From the IMG/VR virus record IMGVR_UViG_3300012013_000859: a stretch of 20,000 nucleotides of DNA, one strand, 5' to 3'. The translations under genes and the position numbers were made by a program. The stretch is from an uncultured virus (IMG/VR IMGVR_UViG_3300012013_000859). Lineage: Duplodnaviria; Heunggongvirae; Uroviricota; Caudoviricetes. Below are positions 8,526 to 15,862 of the stretch, piece after piece (the first letter of the stretch is position 1; every line of letters begins with the position of its first letter). A model generated the notes under the pieces. The model worked only from the letters and a program-made list of their open reading frames with translations. It did no database searches and was not told where the DNA came from.

Positions 8526-9220
8526 TATTTATTTGTATTATTAATTGTACTGTATTCTTTTAAAAATGTGTTATTACTTTCATTCCAATTCTTATCTTCT
8601 AGTGAACTTAGTCCAGGTGATGAATGAATAGTATGTATTGGATATATTCCCACTTTCATTCCTTTCAAATGTGCATCAATACAACTTGCTATATCATAGT
8701 GATGAAATTTATAATTCTCGTTAAATTTCCATTTATGTTTAAGTGCTGATGGTAAATATACACCCAGTAAACATCCATCAGCTATAACAACTCGACTTGG
8801 AGTAGGACCAAATACAGTTGTATAAATTTGATTGTTACCATGTGGATGTGCAGCTTGTCCACGATGATGTGGTTTTGTACACATCAAATGCCACAATGCT
8901 GGAAATTTAATTTCTGGATTGATCCCACCAGCGATACCAACTATATCATACCCGAGCTCGTTTTGTGCTTTGTGTAATTTTTCATGTAGTTTACTATCAT
9001 CTATAAACATATCATCATGAACAAATACCACAAAGTCGTATAATTCTGCATATTTGTTTGTGATATATTTGTTGTAACATTCAGATAAACCGTTTGTATT
9101 GTTTGTAATAAATTCAATTGTGTAGCTATCATGATCTTTAAATTCCAACCAGCTTTTCCATAATTGGGTATCTTCTTGATGTAATTTTTGTGTGCAACTT
9201 ACAATTAATGTTGGTTTCAT
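8525..9220 (-). CDS. GT-A fold (GT2-like, StrF/Glyco_tranf_2_5-type) glycosyltransferase
   Basis: GLSECYN, FVVFVHDD (DxD-equivalent), DIVGIAG, VVIADGCLL, FNENYKFHHYD, and IHSSPG. Confidence 0.8.
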   Translation of the reverse strand: MKPTLIVSCTQKLHQEDTQLWKSWLEFKDHDSYTIEFITNNTNGLSECYNKYITNKYAELYDFVVFVHDDMFIDDSKLHEKLHKAQNELGYDIVGIAGGINPEIKFPALWHLMCTKPHHRGQAAHPHGNNQIYTTVFGPTPSRVVIADGCLLGVYLPSALKHKWKFNENYKFHHYDIASCIDAHLKGMKVGIYPIHTIHSSPGLSSLEDKNWNESNNTFLKEYSTINNTNK

Positions 9221-9879
9221 AAAGTAAAAAAAGGTGATGTATTTTTAAATACACCTCTATTGACAATTTTAGTTTTGGTTATTTCATATACTACACCTTC
9301 TTTTAATTCCACCCAATCTTTTGATTGAATAGAACAGAAGTCTCTTGTTTTTAAGTTTGCAAATAATGTACTACCTTGTCTAGCTAAATAAATTTTTTTA
9401 GAATGTGTATTATATACCCAAATTGCAAATGTACCTTCTAAAAGATTTAGAACTGTTTGTAATACATCTAATTCTTTACAGTCAGTATGTTCAACTGTAA
9501 AATAATTTAATAAAGCAGGTATAACACTTGAATCAACGGGGTTTTTATTAATTGGTGTATATTGTTTGTTCAGTTTTTCAAAATTTGTTAATACACCGTT
9601 ATGCGCCACCATCCATTCACCATTTGTAAATGGATGACTTGTGGTTGTATTGTATTTTCGTTGAGAACTAGTAGGTGCTTGATTATGACCCAAATAAAAT
9701 ATAGCATTTTCATTAAATTTTACTTTATCTATTGATGTTGGATGTCCTTCATATTGTAATAGTTGATTTGAATTATTTAATACAGACAAAAAACTACAAG
9801 CATACCTACCACGTTCGATGGTTGCATCATGCAAAACTTCAAACATACTTAATGTTGATGATCCATATATTGAGCACAT
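9217..9879 (-). CDS. Stand-alone class II (Ntn) glutamine amidotransferase
   Basis: N-terminal catalytic Cys (MCSIYG), ERG, LGHNQAPT, HPF, oxyanion HNG, VDS, LEGTFAI, LYLAR-like IYLAR. Confidence 0.88.
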   Translation of the reverse strand: MCSIYGSSTLSMFEVLHDATIERGRYACSFLSVLNNSNQLLQYEGHPTSIDKVKFNENAIFYLGHNQAPTSSQRKYNTTTSHPFTNGEWMVAHNGVLTNFEKLNKQYTPINKNPVDSSVIPALLNYFTVEHTDCKELDVLQTVLNLLEGTFAIWVYNTHSKKIYLARQGSTLFANLKTRDFCSIQSKDWVELKEGVVYEITKTKIVNRGVFKNTSPFFTL

Positions 9880-9886
9880 ATGTATT

Positions 9887-9914
9887 ATATTATAGAGGTT
9901 CCATATAAAATCAA
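9887..9914 (-). promoter_or_regulatory. Sigma70-like promoter with GGAAC box upstream of the amidotransferase
   Basis: Minus strand TTGATT-TTATATGGAACCTCTA(16 nt)-TAATAT, 7 nt before the ATG. Confidence 0.65.
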
Positions 9915-9923
9915 TATAAACCG

Positions 9924-9931
9924 AATAAATA
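9924..9931 (+). promoter_or_regulatory. T4-late-type promoter (AATAAATA)
   Basis: 7/8 match to TATAAATA, 8 nt upstream of the ATG at 9940. Confidence 0.55.
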
Positions 9932-9939
9932 ATAAGTAT

Positions 9940-10821
9940 ATGAGTATTCTAAATAGACCAGGTTGGTTAAATCAATTAACATTAAATGAGATGCGTTCTT
10001 CAAGACATGCAGGTTTACTTGATTTGTCTATTGTGCAAAAACAATTAGCAGATAAAAAAATAGGTATACCATATAGAGACGCACGACGCTTTTTATTCGA
10101 TTTTTTACGTGATAATGGAGTGGTAGAAGGTAATACACCACAAGCTGCAAAAGATATTAATGCTGTAGTTGGTGCCATGGTAACTGATGGTAAAATTACA
10201 GCTGAGATTAGTAATATGTGGAATGATTATATTTCTGATATATCAAATTTAGAAAGATTTATTGGTACAACTCGTGCAATACGTGGTAGATTAACTGATA
10301 ATCCTGAAGAGGGTAATCGTCCTGCTACTGTAGAAGAAATCAAGAAACGTATTGAAAACCGTAAATTTGAACGTAAACTTGGCTCAGCAACATCACAACT
10401 TTCTGATATCGAGGGGTTTGATGAATTTAAACTTGTTAAAATAGGTATATTGAAAAACCTGCTCAACAAGGCTGAGCAAAATGAAGAAATTTTAGATAAT
10501 CCAAAATATATTCAAGCTGTTGATTTAATTTCAAAGTTGATTGAACAGTCAGATTCCATTGAAACATTAACATTTAAGTTAGATAGAGTTGTTGATAATA
10601 CCGATAGTAATGAATTGTTAGCTGTTGCATATCTAGCATTACAATCATTAAGTGATGTAATACCGCAGTCAACTAGTACTATGGATGAGTCTACAAACAC
10701 TAAACCGTTGACTGATGTTATCAAGCTTTCACCACAAGCCCAAGATAGACTTATAAAAGAAACGCGGCGTAAAAATTTACAACATAAAATATCTGTCGAA
10801 CAAAAGTATTTCGGTCACTAA
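9940..10821 (+). CDS. Hypothetical helical protein, probable late gene (start revised to MSILNRPGW, 293 aa)
   Basis: Long antisense ORF filling the gap between queC-like and amidotransferase genes. The track start at 9880 would run through the divergent promoter region. Confidence 0.8.
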   Translation: MSILNRPGWLNQLTLNEMRSSRHAGLLDLSIVQKQLADKKIGIPYRDARRFLFDFLRDNGVVEGNTPQAAKDINAVVGAMVTDGKITAEISNMWNDYISDISNLERFIGTTRAIRGRLTDNPEEGNRPATVEEIKKRIENRKFERKLGSATSQLSDIEGFDEFKLVKIGILKNLLNKAEQNEEILDNPKYIQAVDLISKLIEQSDSIETLTFKLDRVVDNTDSNELLAVAYLALQSLSDVIPQSTSTMDESTNTKPLTDVIKLSPQAQDRLIKETRRKNLQHKISVEQKYFGH

Positions 10822-11558
10822 ATACTTTTGCACAACATAGCTTTATATACAACCTCTAACTTTTCTTGTTGTATATATACAAGTGGGTCTCTATAACCTG
10901 CACCTATAAAGCCTTGTAAACGTAAACTTGAACTAGCTGATTCAGCATCTGATAAGTCTTTACCAGCATAACATGTCCAGGTATTCTCAAATTTAATACC
11001 AAGTTTAACACCATCTAATACAATTTGTTTTTTAGATAGTTTAATAAGCGGTGCATCAATTGCAATAGGGTTATCCCTATTAAGCCCTAACAGATTGTTA
11101 ATACTCAATAAAAACTCAGGAGAACCATCCCAGTAACCAGCTAAACTATCAGCTTCTGCTGCTCCATGCCACACTAAATTAGATTTTACAGCTTCTGCAC
11201 GTGCTGCTAAGATACTCAAAAATATCATATTACGGTTTGGTACATATGATTTAGGCTGTGCTTCACCTCGAATATCCTTTACATTTGGTGTTTCAATATT
11301 ATCATTAGTTAAAGAACTTGTTGGAGCTAGTTCTTTGATAAATGTAACATCAATTGTTTGGTGATTAATTTGTTTGTTGGGGTATTTCTGCCTAACATCT
11401 TGAATTTGTAAGTTAGCACATTGAATTTCTTTTAAATGCCGTTGACCATAATTAAAAGAAATTGCATACACCTCATCAAATAATTGACAAGCTGTATGCA
11501 ATAATACTGTTGAATCCATACCACCACTAACTCCTAATACAACTTTTTTATTTTCCAT
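10818..11558 (-). CDS. queC: QueC/ExsB-family PP-loop ATPase (7-cyano-7-deazaguanine synthase-like), Zn site degenerate
   Basis: SGGMDS PP-loop, SFNYGQRH..E, SSLT, YVPNRNMIFLS, GYWD, APL..LSK.QIV, TWTCY.G, and DPL.Y. Confidence 0.88.
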   Translation of the reverse strand: MENKKVVLGVSGGMDSTVLLHTACQLFDEVYAISFNYGQRHLKEIQCANLQIQDVRQKYPNKQINHQTIDVTFIKELAPTSSLTNDNIETPNVKDIRGEAQPKSYVPNRNMIFLSILAARAEAVKSNLVWHGAAEADSLAGYWDGSPEFLLSINNLLGLNRDNPIAIDAPLIKLSKKQIVLDGVKLGIKFENTWTCYAGKDLSDAESASSSLRLQGFIGAGYRDPLVYIQQEKLEVVYKAMLCKSI

Positions 11559-11564
11559 GTTGTA

Positions 11565-11580
11565 ATTTTATTGATGTTCC
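11565..11580 (-). promoter_or_regulatory. GGAAC box plus -10 element upstream of the queC-like gene (no good -35)
   Basis: Minus strand GGAAC-ATCAA-TAAAAT, 6 nt before the ATG; same spacing as the three other copies. Confidence 0.5.
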
Positions 11581-11583
11581 CAT

Positions 11584-12705
11584 TTATTCATCTTCACTAT
11601 CTTTATCATCTCCATCATCATTTTCAATAGGAACTGTATCATCTCCAGATGAATATGCCCAAGCAACCTGTGCTTTTTGTTCGATTTTTGGTAACAACTC
11701 TTCCCATAACTCTACATTATTGAAGAATGATTTTGCGTACCCGAGTTTTTTACCACCAATATTATATGTTGCACCTGCTTGTTCAATTACACCTAATGCA
11801 ACAGCTAACTCCAACAAACCATAATATTTGTTGACCCCTGTATTGAATGATAAATATATATCACCTTCCAAGTATTGTTTGATAAAACGATTTTTAGCTG
11901 TTAATGCCCTAATTAGAACACCAACATAATTGCGTTGTAATGCAGCTGTTGTTTCAGTTGTTTTCAACTCTTTTGCATCTCCTCTTAATGGTTTGCGCAT
12001 TAATTGAACACTTACACTTGGCATATATACTACTGATTTACCACCGGGCATAGTTTTAACTAAAGTTGGATGCAATTCACCTGGATTATCGTATGTATGG
12101 TTGGTAACAATAGTTGTAGTTTTTGTAAGTGCAGCACACTGTGTTGCAGTACGCATCAAACTCTTGATTGCACGAGCACGTGTTCCCATATCCATGCTAC
12201 TGGAATCTTTTTCCATACGATTTTGTTCCATTTGACTTTCAAGATTACCTAATGAATCAATTGCAACTATAAATTTACCTTCTAGTCCTTTTTCCTTGAT
12301 CCCTTGGCAAAAATTATAATAACTATTTCGACATTGTTCAATATTGAATATAGGTACATATTTAACTCGACTAGTATCAAGTCCCAAGCGAGCTGCACCT
12401 TCTGGATCGATGGCGTTTTCAGAGTCAAAGATAACTACAATCTTACCTTTCTTTTGAGCATTAGCAAGAATCTTTTGCACAAACAATGATTTACCCACCA
12501 TCGATTCACCATACATAACAGTAACTCGATTTTCTGGTATTCCTCCAGTTTTAAATTTACCGGAAATAATACCATTTAAAACGTAACTACCTGTATCAAT
12601 CCATTCATCAACTGTTGATAATGTTGATTGGTTGAGATATGTTGCGTATGGATTACCCTCATTTAAAAGGTCCATAACTTCTTCTTCTGCTTTTGAAAAG
12701 CTCAT
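11584..12705 (-). CDS. uvsX: RecA-like recombinase UvsX
   Basis: WIDTGSYVLNGIISG...GGIP, Walker A GESMVGKS, FDSENA, Walker B IDSLGNL, DMGTRA, TNHTY, MPGG, KNRF, and an acidic tail. Confidence 0.95.
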   Translation of the reverse strand: MSFSKAEEEVMDLLNEGNPYATYLNQSTLSTVDEWIDTGSYVLNGIISGKFKTGGIPENRVTVMYGESMVGKSLFVQKILANAQKKGKIVVIFDSENAIDPEGAARLGLDTSRVKYVPIFNIEQCRNSYYNFCQGIKEKGLEGKFIVAIDSLGNLESQMEQNRMEKDSSSMDMGTRARAIKSLMRTATQCAALTKTTTIVTNHTYDNPGELHPTLVKTMPGGKSVVYMPSVSVQLMRKPLRGDAKELKTTETTAALQRNYVGVLIRALTAKNRFIKQYLEGDIYLSFNTGVNKYYGLLELAVALGVIEQAGATYNIGGKKLGYAKSFFNNVELWEELLPKIEQKAQVAWAYSSGDDTVPIENDDGDDKDSEDE

Positions 12706-12712
12706 ATATTGT

Positions 12713-13072
12713 TTAGTCTTCGAACAATTTAATTACCGAAGCATTATTATTTGGTGTAATAATAGATGATGGGTTGAATACACGATCATAATGTGTAATA
12801 ATCTTTTCATCTAAATTCAGATCAATTTTAGTAATATTTGATGTCAAATATTCAAAAACTGAACCGTCAGTACGGGTTGCAGGATCTACGAATTCTTGAA
12901 AAAATAACGGAATTAATTGAACTTGTAATTGTTGAGTTTGTGTCTGCTGAACAACAATCATTGCAGGATTTTTAATCCTCAATACATTGTCTTGTGTAGA
13001 CACAAATTCACCTAAAATAGTTCTACCAATACTATCTAGAAATAATGTGTGTTTTGTGTTTGTGTTTGTCAT
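12713..13072 (-). CDS. Hypothetical protein, possible Sm-like fold
   Basis: 119 aa. The G..ILGE...IKNP..I...L.P pattern and C-terminal SIITP resemble small Sm-like proteins found next to gp43 in T4-like phages. Confidence 0.55.
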   Translation of the reverse strand: MTNTNTKHTLFLDSIGRTILGEFVSTQDNVLRIKNPAMIVVQQTQTQQLQVQLIPLFFQEFVDPATRTDGSVFEYLTSNITKIDLNLDEKIITHYDRVFNPSSIITPNNNASVIKLFED

Positions 13073-13084
13073 AATTAGATTAAT

Positions 13085-13112
13085 ATATTAACATATTTTT
13101 TTAATTAATCAA
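13085..13112 (-). promoter_or_regulatory. Sigma70-like promoter overlapping the polymerase stop codon
   Basis: Minus strand TTGATT-N16-TAATAT with TG at the extended -10 position. Confidence 0.45.
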
Positions 13113-15670
13113 CCGAATAAATCAAATAAATCACATTGTGTTTGTTCAGAAGGTTTACGAGCTTGCCAGTTAACAACTGAATAATATCTAGTTACAACTG
13201 CATGTAATATTTTATCATACATTGTTTCAATATCCGGAGTAAATAAACTCATGAATTCTTTTGGAAATCTATATTTGAAACCTATTACACTGATACCAAA
13301 TTTATTGGGTGTTTGTACATACAAATACTTGATTTTATCACCCGATGCAATTTTTTCATATTGATTAGTCAAATTTAATTTTTCTAGAAGTAAATTGTAA
13401 AAATATGCACCTTTGACATGACATGGCATTCTTTTAACAGTTACAAATCCATTACATTTTGATGCATATGATTCATACTTTGATATGCTTGAAGTAAATG
13501 CAATCTCTTCAACAGATAGATTTTTAAACGTATCATATGCATCTAATACCTTTTTATCAGCATCTCCACGATTTTTATTTGTAATAATTGTCTCAATGAT
13601 TGCTTTTGCTAACGGTTTTACTGGTTTCGGCATTGTTGTTCTTACAACTTCAACACCAACGTATTTCCATTTATCACAAGCAATACCTTCATCATCTAAT
13701 ACATGTAATACATATCTCTTTTTTTCAACAAAGATACCTGCATCTGCTAAAGTCTCACGTTTAAAATTTAACCGACAATCTTGTGAATTTAATGTCTTTT
13801 TAGCCCATTTTACAATTTCAATGTTGAGATAATCGCCTAGTTTTTCAACAATAGCATGAGCATCTTTTGTCACTTTACTTTTTTTACTAAATATTAGATT
13901 AGGTATATGTTTTAATGAGAAATATACAGAATCTGTATCTCCATATGCACGAACCTGTTCCGCAGTTACATCTACATCATATTCTTGCTTTAAGAATTGA
14001 CTACAAATAATAGCTGCTTGTTTGATAATTGCTTGACCAGTTAATGTAATAGAACTAGCAATGTCATCATCACCAAACGGTGCTTGCTTATTTCCAAAAA
14101 ATCCGTAAACGGAATTGATGAAAATTTTAATACATAATTGCTTTGCATTTAACCTATCAGAAATCATCTTGAGATCAAATTTACGTTTAGCATCTTCTGT
14201 CTCGGATATTTCCTTTTTAATCTTTTTTAACTCAATTTGTACCTTTTTACGTTCATTGTAATAATGGTCAACTAAGTCTGGCATAATACCAGTAGTTTTT
14301 TGTGAGAATAATACTTTTGCTTTAGATATAGCAACTTGATCAGTTTTAATAAATCGTGCAAAATTTTCATTTGTTAATGTGAACATTTTTCCATTAACAT
14401 GTCTAATTGTCACTGTACCTTCTTCTTTATTGGCTTCTATTATTTTACCGATTTTTGTTTCAGGTGACATGTTTAAACTAATCATCACGTTTGGGTATAG
14501 TGAGTTTGCATCAAAACTTACAATACTTTCTTGAATACCCTTTTGTGGTTCAGCAACAAATGCACCGGGATTTTTACTTTCAGCCTCATCTCTAATAAAT
14601 GTGGATATAATCGTTTTCTTTTTTCGAGCTCGGATTGCTGTTGCACCGGTAATAACTGATAATGTTCCCATTGCACCTTCAAACGTCGTTAATCCGACAT
14701 AAGCTAACATTCGTAACAATTCAATATATCTTAACTTTTCTTCCAACTTAACCAACAAGTTAACGTCTTGAATATTGTAATCAACAAATTTATTCCAATC
14801 ATTTTTCATTAGATTGATTAAATTTGTTTCTCCAAATTCAACCTTGGTCTCATTTAATTCTAATTCACCGATGTAACCTAATCGATATGATTCACGATTT
14901 GTTGTACAAAATCGTTTGTAAATATCCAAATAATCAACACAAGATATACCATCTATATGCCATTGTGTTTCTTGTTGACCAAATTTACCCATGAATGTAC
15001 GTGCATATATATTATTAACAGGTGATAATTCTTTTGCATAATCATTACCGAGTACATTTTTAATACGATTAATGATATACGGGATATCGAAAAACGCTGA
15101 GTTCCAACCAGATAAAATGTCTGGAAAGTCGTTTTTAATAAAATTGATAAAATATGTCAATAAATCCACTTCACTTTCACAATGAACATACACAACATTC
15201 GGATTATCTGTTTCGTATGGTTTCTCGCCCCATACAAAGAATTTCTTTAATAAACTATCATATACAGTAATGACATTAATTGAATATTTTGCATCAGTTG
15301 CTTTAGGAAATTCTTGTGCAACAACCTCGATATCAATAAATTGTATTTTTAGTGGAAATTTTGTAAATTCAGGTTGTTCATTAACTTCCCAATACATATC
15401 CAACAACGATTGTTGAACTGGACCCAAATTTTCAAACAAACGATGATTGTTTGTATCAGCAATATACTTTCGACGTTCGTATGAATTTTGAAAGATTTTC
15501 TTTCTTAGAGGTGTTTGAAATATACTTGTTGCTTTACCGTTTGGATCTTCAATATAAAGATATGGTTGAAATGGTACAGATGTTTGTATACGTACACCTT
15601 CATTATCCCAAGTAAATAATTCAACTCTACGTTCACGGGGATTGTAAGCGGCGTTACGGTAACCAATCAT
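13109..15670 (-). CDS. gp43: Family B DNA polymerase with 3'-5' exonuclease, T4 gp43-like
   Basis: ExoI FIDIEV, ExoII GWNSAFFDIPY, ExoIII YNIQD; pol motifs SFDANSLYP, KIFINSVYG, YGDTDS, KKRY; C-terminal LFDLFG clamp-binding tail. Confidence 0.97.
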   Translation of the reverse strand: MIGYRNAAYNPRERRVELFTWDNEGVRIQTSVPFQPYLYIEDPNGKATSIFQTPLRKKIFQNSYERRKYIADTNNHRLFENLGPVQQSLLDMYWEVNEQPEFTKFPLKIQFIDIEVVAQEFPKATDAKYSINVITVYDSLLKKFFVWGEKPYETDNPNVVYVHCESEVDLLTYFINFIKNDFPDILSGWNSAFFDIPYIINRIKNVLGNDYAKELSPVNNIYARTFMGKFGQQETQWHIDGISCVDYLDIYKRFCTTNRESYRLGYIGELELNETKVEFGETNLINLMKNDWNKFVDYNIQDVNLLVKLEEKLRYIELLRMLAYVGLTTFEGAMGTLSVITGATAIRARKKKTIISTFIRDEAESKNPGAFVAEPQKGIQESIVSFDANSLYPNVMISLNMSPETKIGKIIEANKEEGTVTIRHVNGKMFTLTNENFARFIKTDQVAISKAKVLFSQKTTGIMPDLVDHYYNERKKVQIELKKIKKEISETEDAKRKFDLKMISDRLNAKQLCIKIFINSVYGFFGNKQAPFGDDDIASSITLTGQAIIKQAAIICSQFLKQEYDVDVTAEQVRAYGDTDSVYFSLKHIPNLIFSKKSKVTKDAHAIVEKLGDYLNIEIVKWAKKTLNSQDCRLNFKRETLADAGIFVEKKRYVLHVLDDEGIACDKWKYVGVEVVRTTMPKPVKPLAKAIIETIITNKNRGDADKKVLDAYDTFKNLSVEEIAFTSSISKYESYASKCNGFVTVKRMPCHVKGAYFYNLLLEKLNLTNQYEKIASGDKIKYLYVQTPNKFGISVIGFKYRFPKEFMSLFTPDIETMYDKILHAVVTRYYSVVNWQARKPSEQTQCDLFDLFG

Positions 15671-15681
15671 AATTAACTATT

Positions 15682-15709
15682 ATGATATGGTGGTTCCGAT
15701 TAAAATCTA
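15682..15709 (-). promoter_or_regulatory. Sigma70-like promoter with GGAAC box upstream of DNA polymerase
   Basis: Minus strand TAGATT-TTAATCGGAACCACCA(16 nt)-TATCAT; nearly identical to the primase promoter. Confidence 0.65.
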
Positions 15710-15853
15710 GTCACAAATTACATGCTGAACTTGAATTTCACCGTTTTTAGTAATCTGTAAATATTTTCCATTTTGTTCAATAATACAAAACTCACTATTG
15801 CGTTCAATTATTTTACCACCCTCATTTAACAATTCATTGATTTTTTGTTCCAT
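15707..15853 (-). CDS. Small hypothetical protein (48 aa), below the ORF-track cutoff
   Basis: Manual translation MEQKINELLNEGGKIIERNSEFCIIEQNGKYLQITKNGEIQVQHVICD*. Starts 9 nt after the glycosyltransferase stop and fills the gap to the polymerase promoter. Confidence 0.7.
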   Translation of the reverse strand: MEQKINELLNEGGKIIERNSEFCIIEQNGKYLQITKNGEIQVQHVICD

Positions 15854-15862
15854 ATATTTTTA

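Noticed and set aside
8525..11558. QatABCD or CBASS type IV (Cap9) defence system
   Set aside because: No QatA ATPase, TatD nuclease, CD-NTase or TGT in the window. The amidotransferase has a catalytic Cys1 and the context is a phage replisome.
10818..11558. queC pseudogene
   Set aside because: Full-length frame with intact PP-loop and PNRN motifs and its own promoter motif. The substitutions are conservative and keep the spacing.
7194..15670. Inteins, introns or homing endonucleases in helicase, uvsX or polymerase
   Set aside because: Protein lengths are normal and catalytic motifs are contiguous. No LAGLIDADG, HNH, GIY-YIG or splice motifs were seen.
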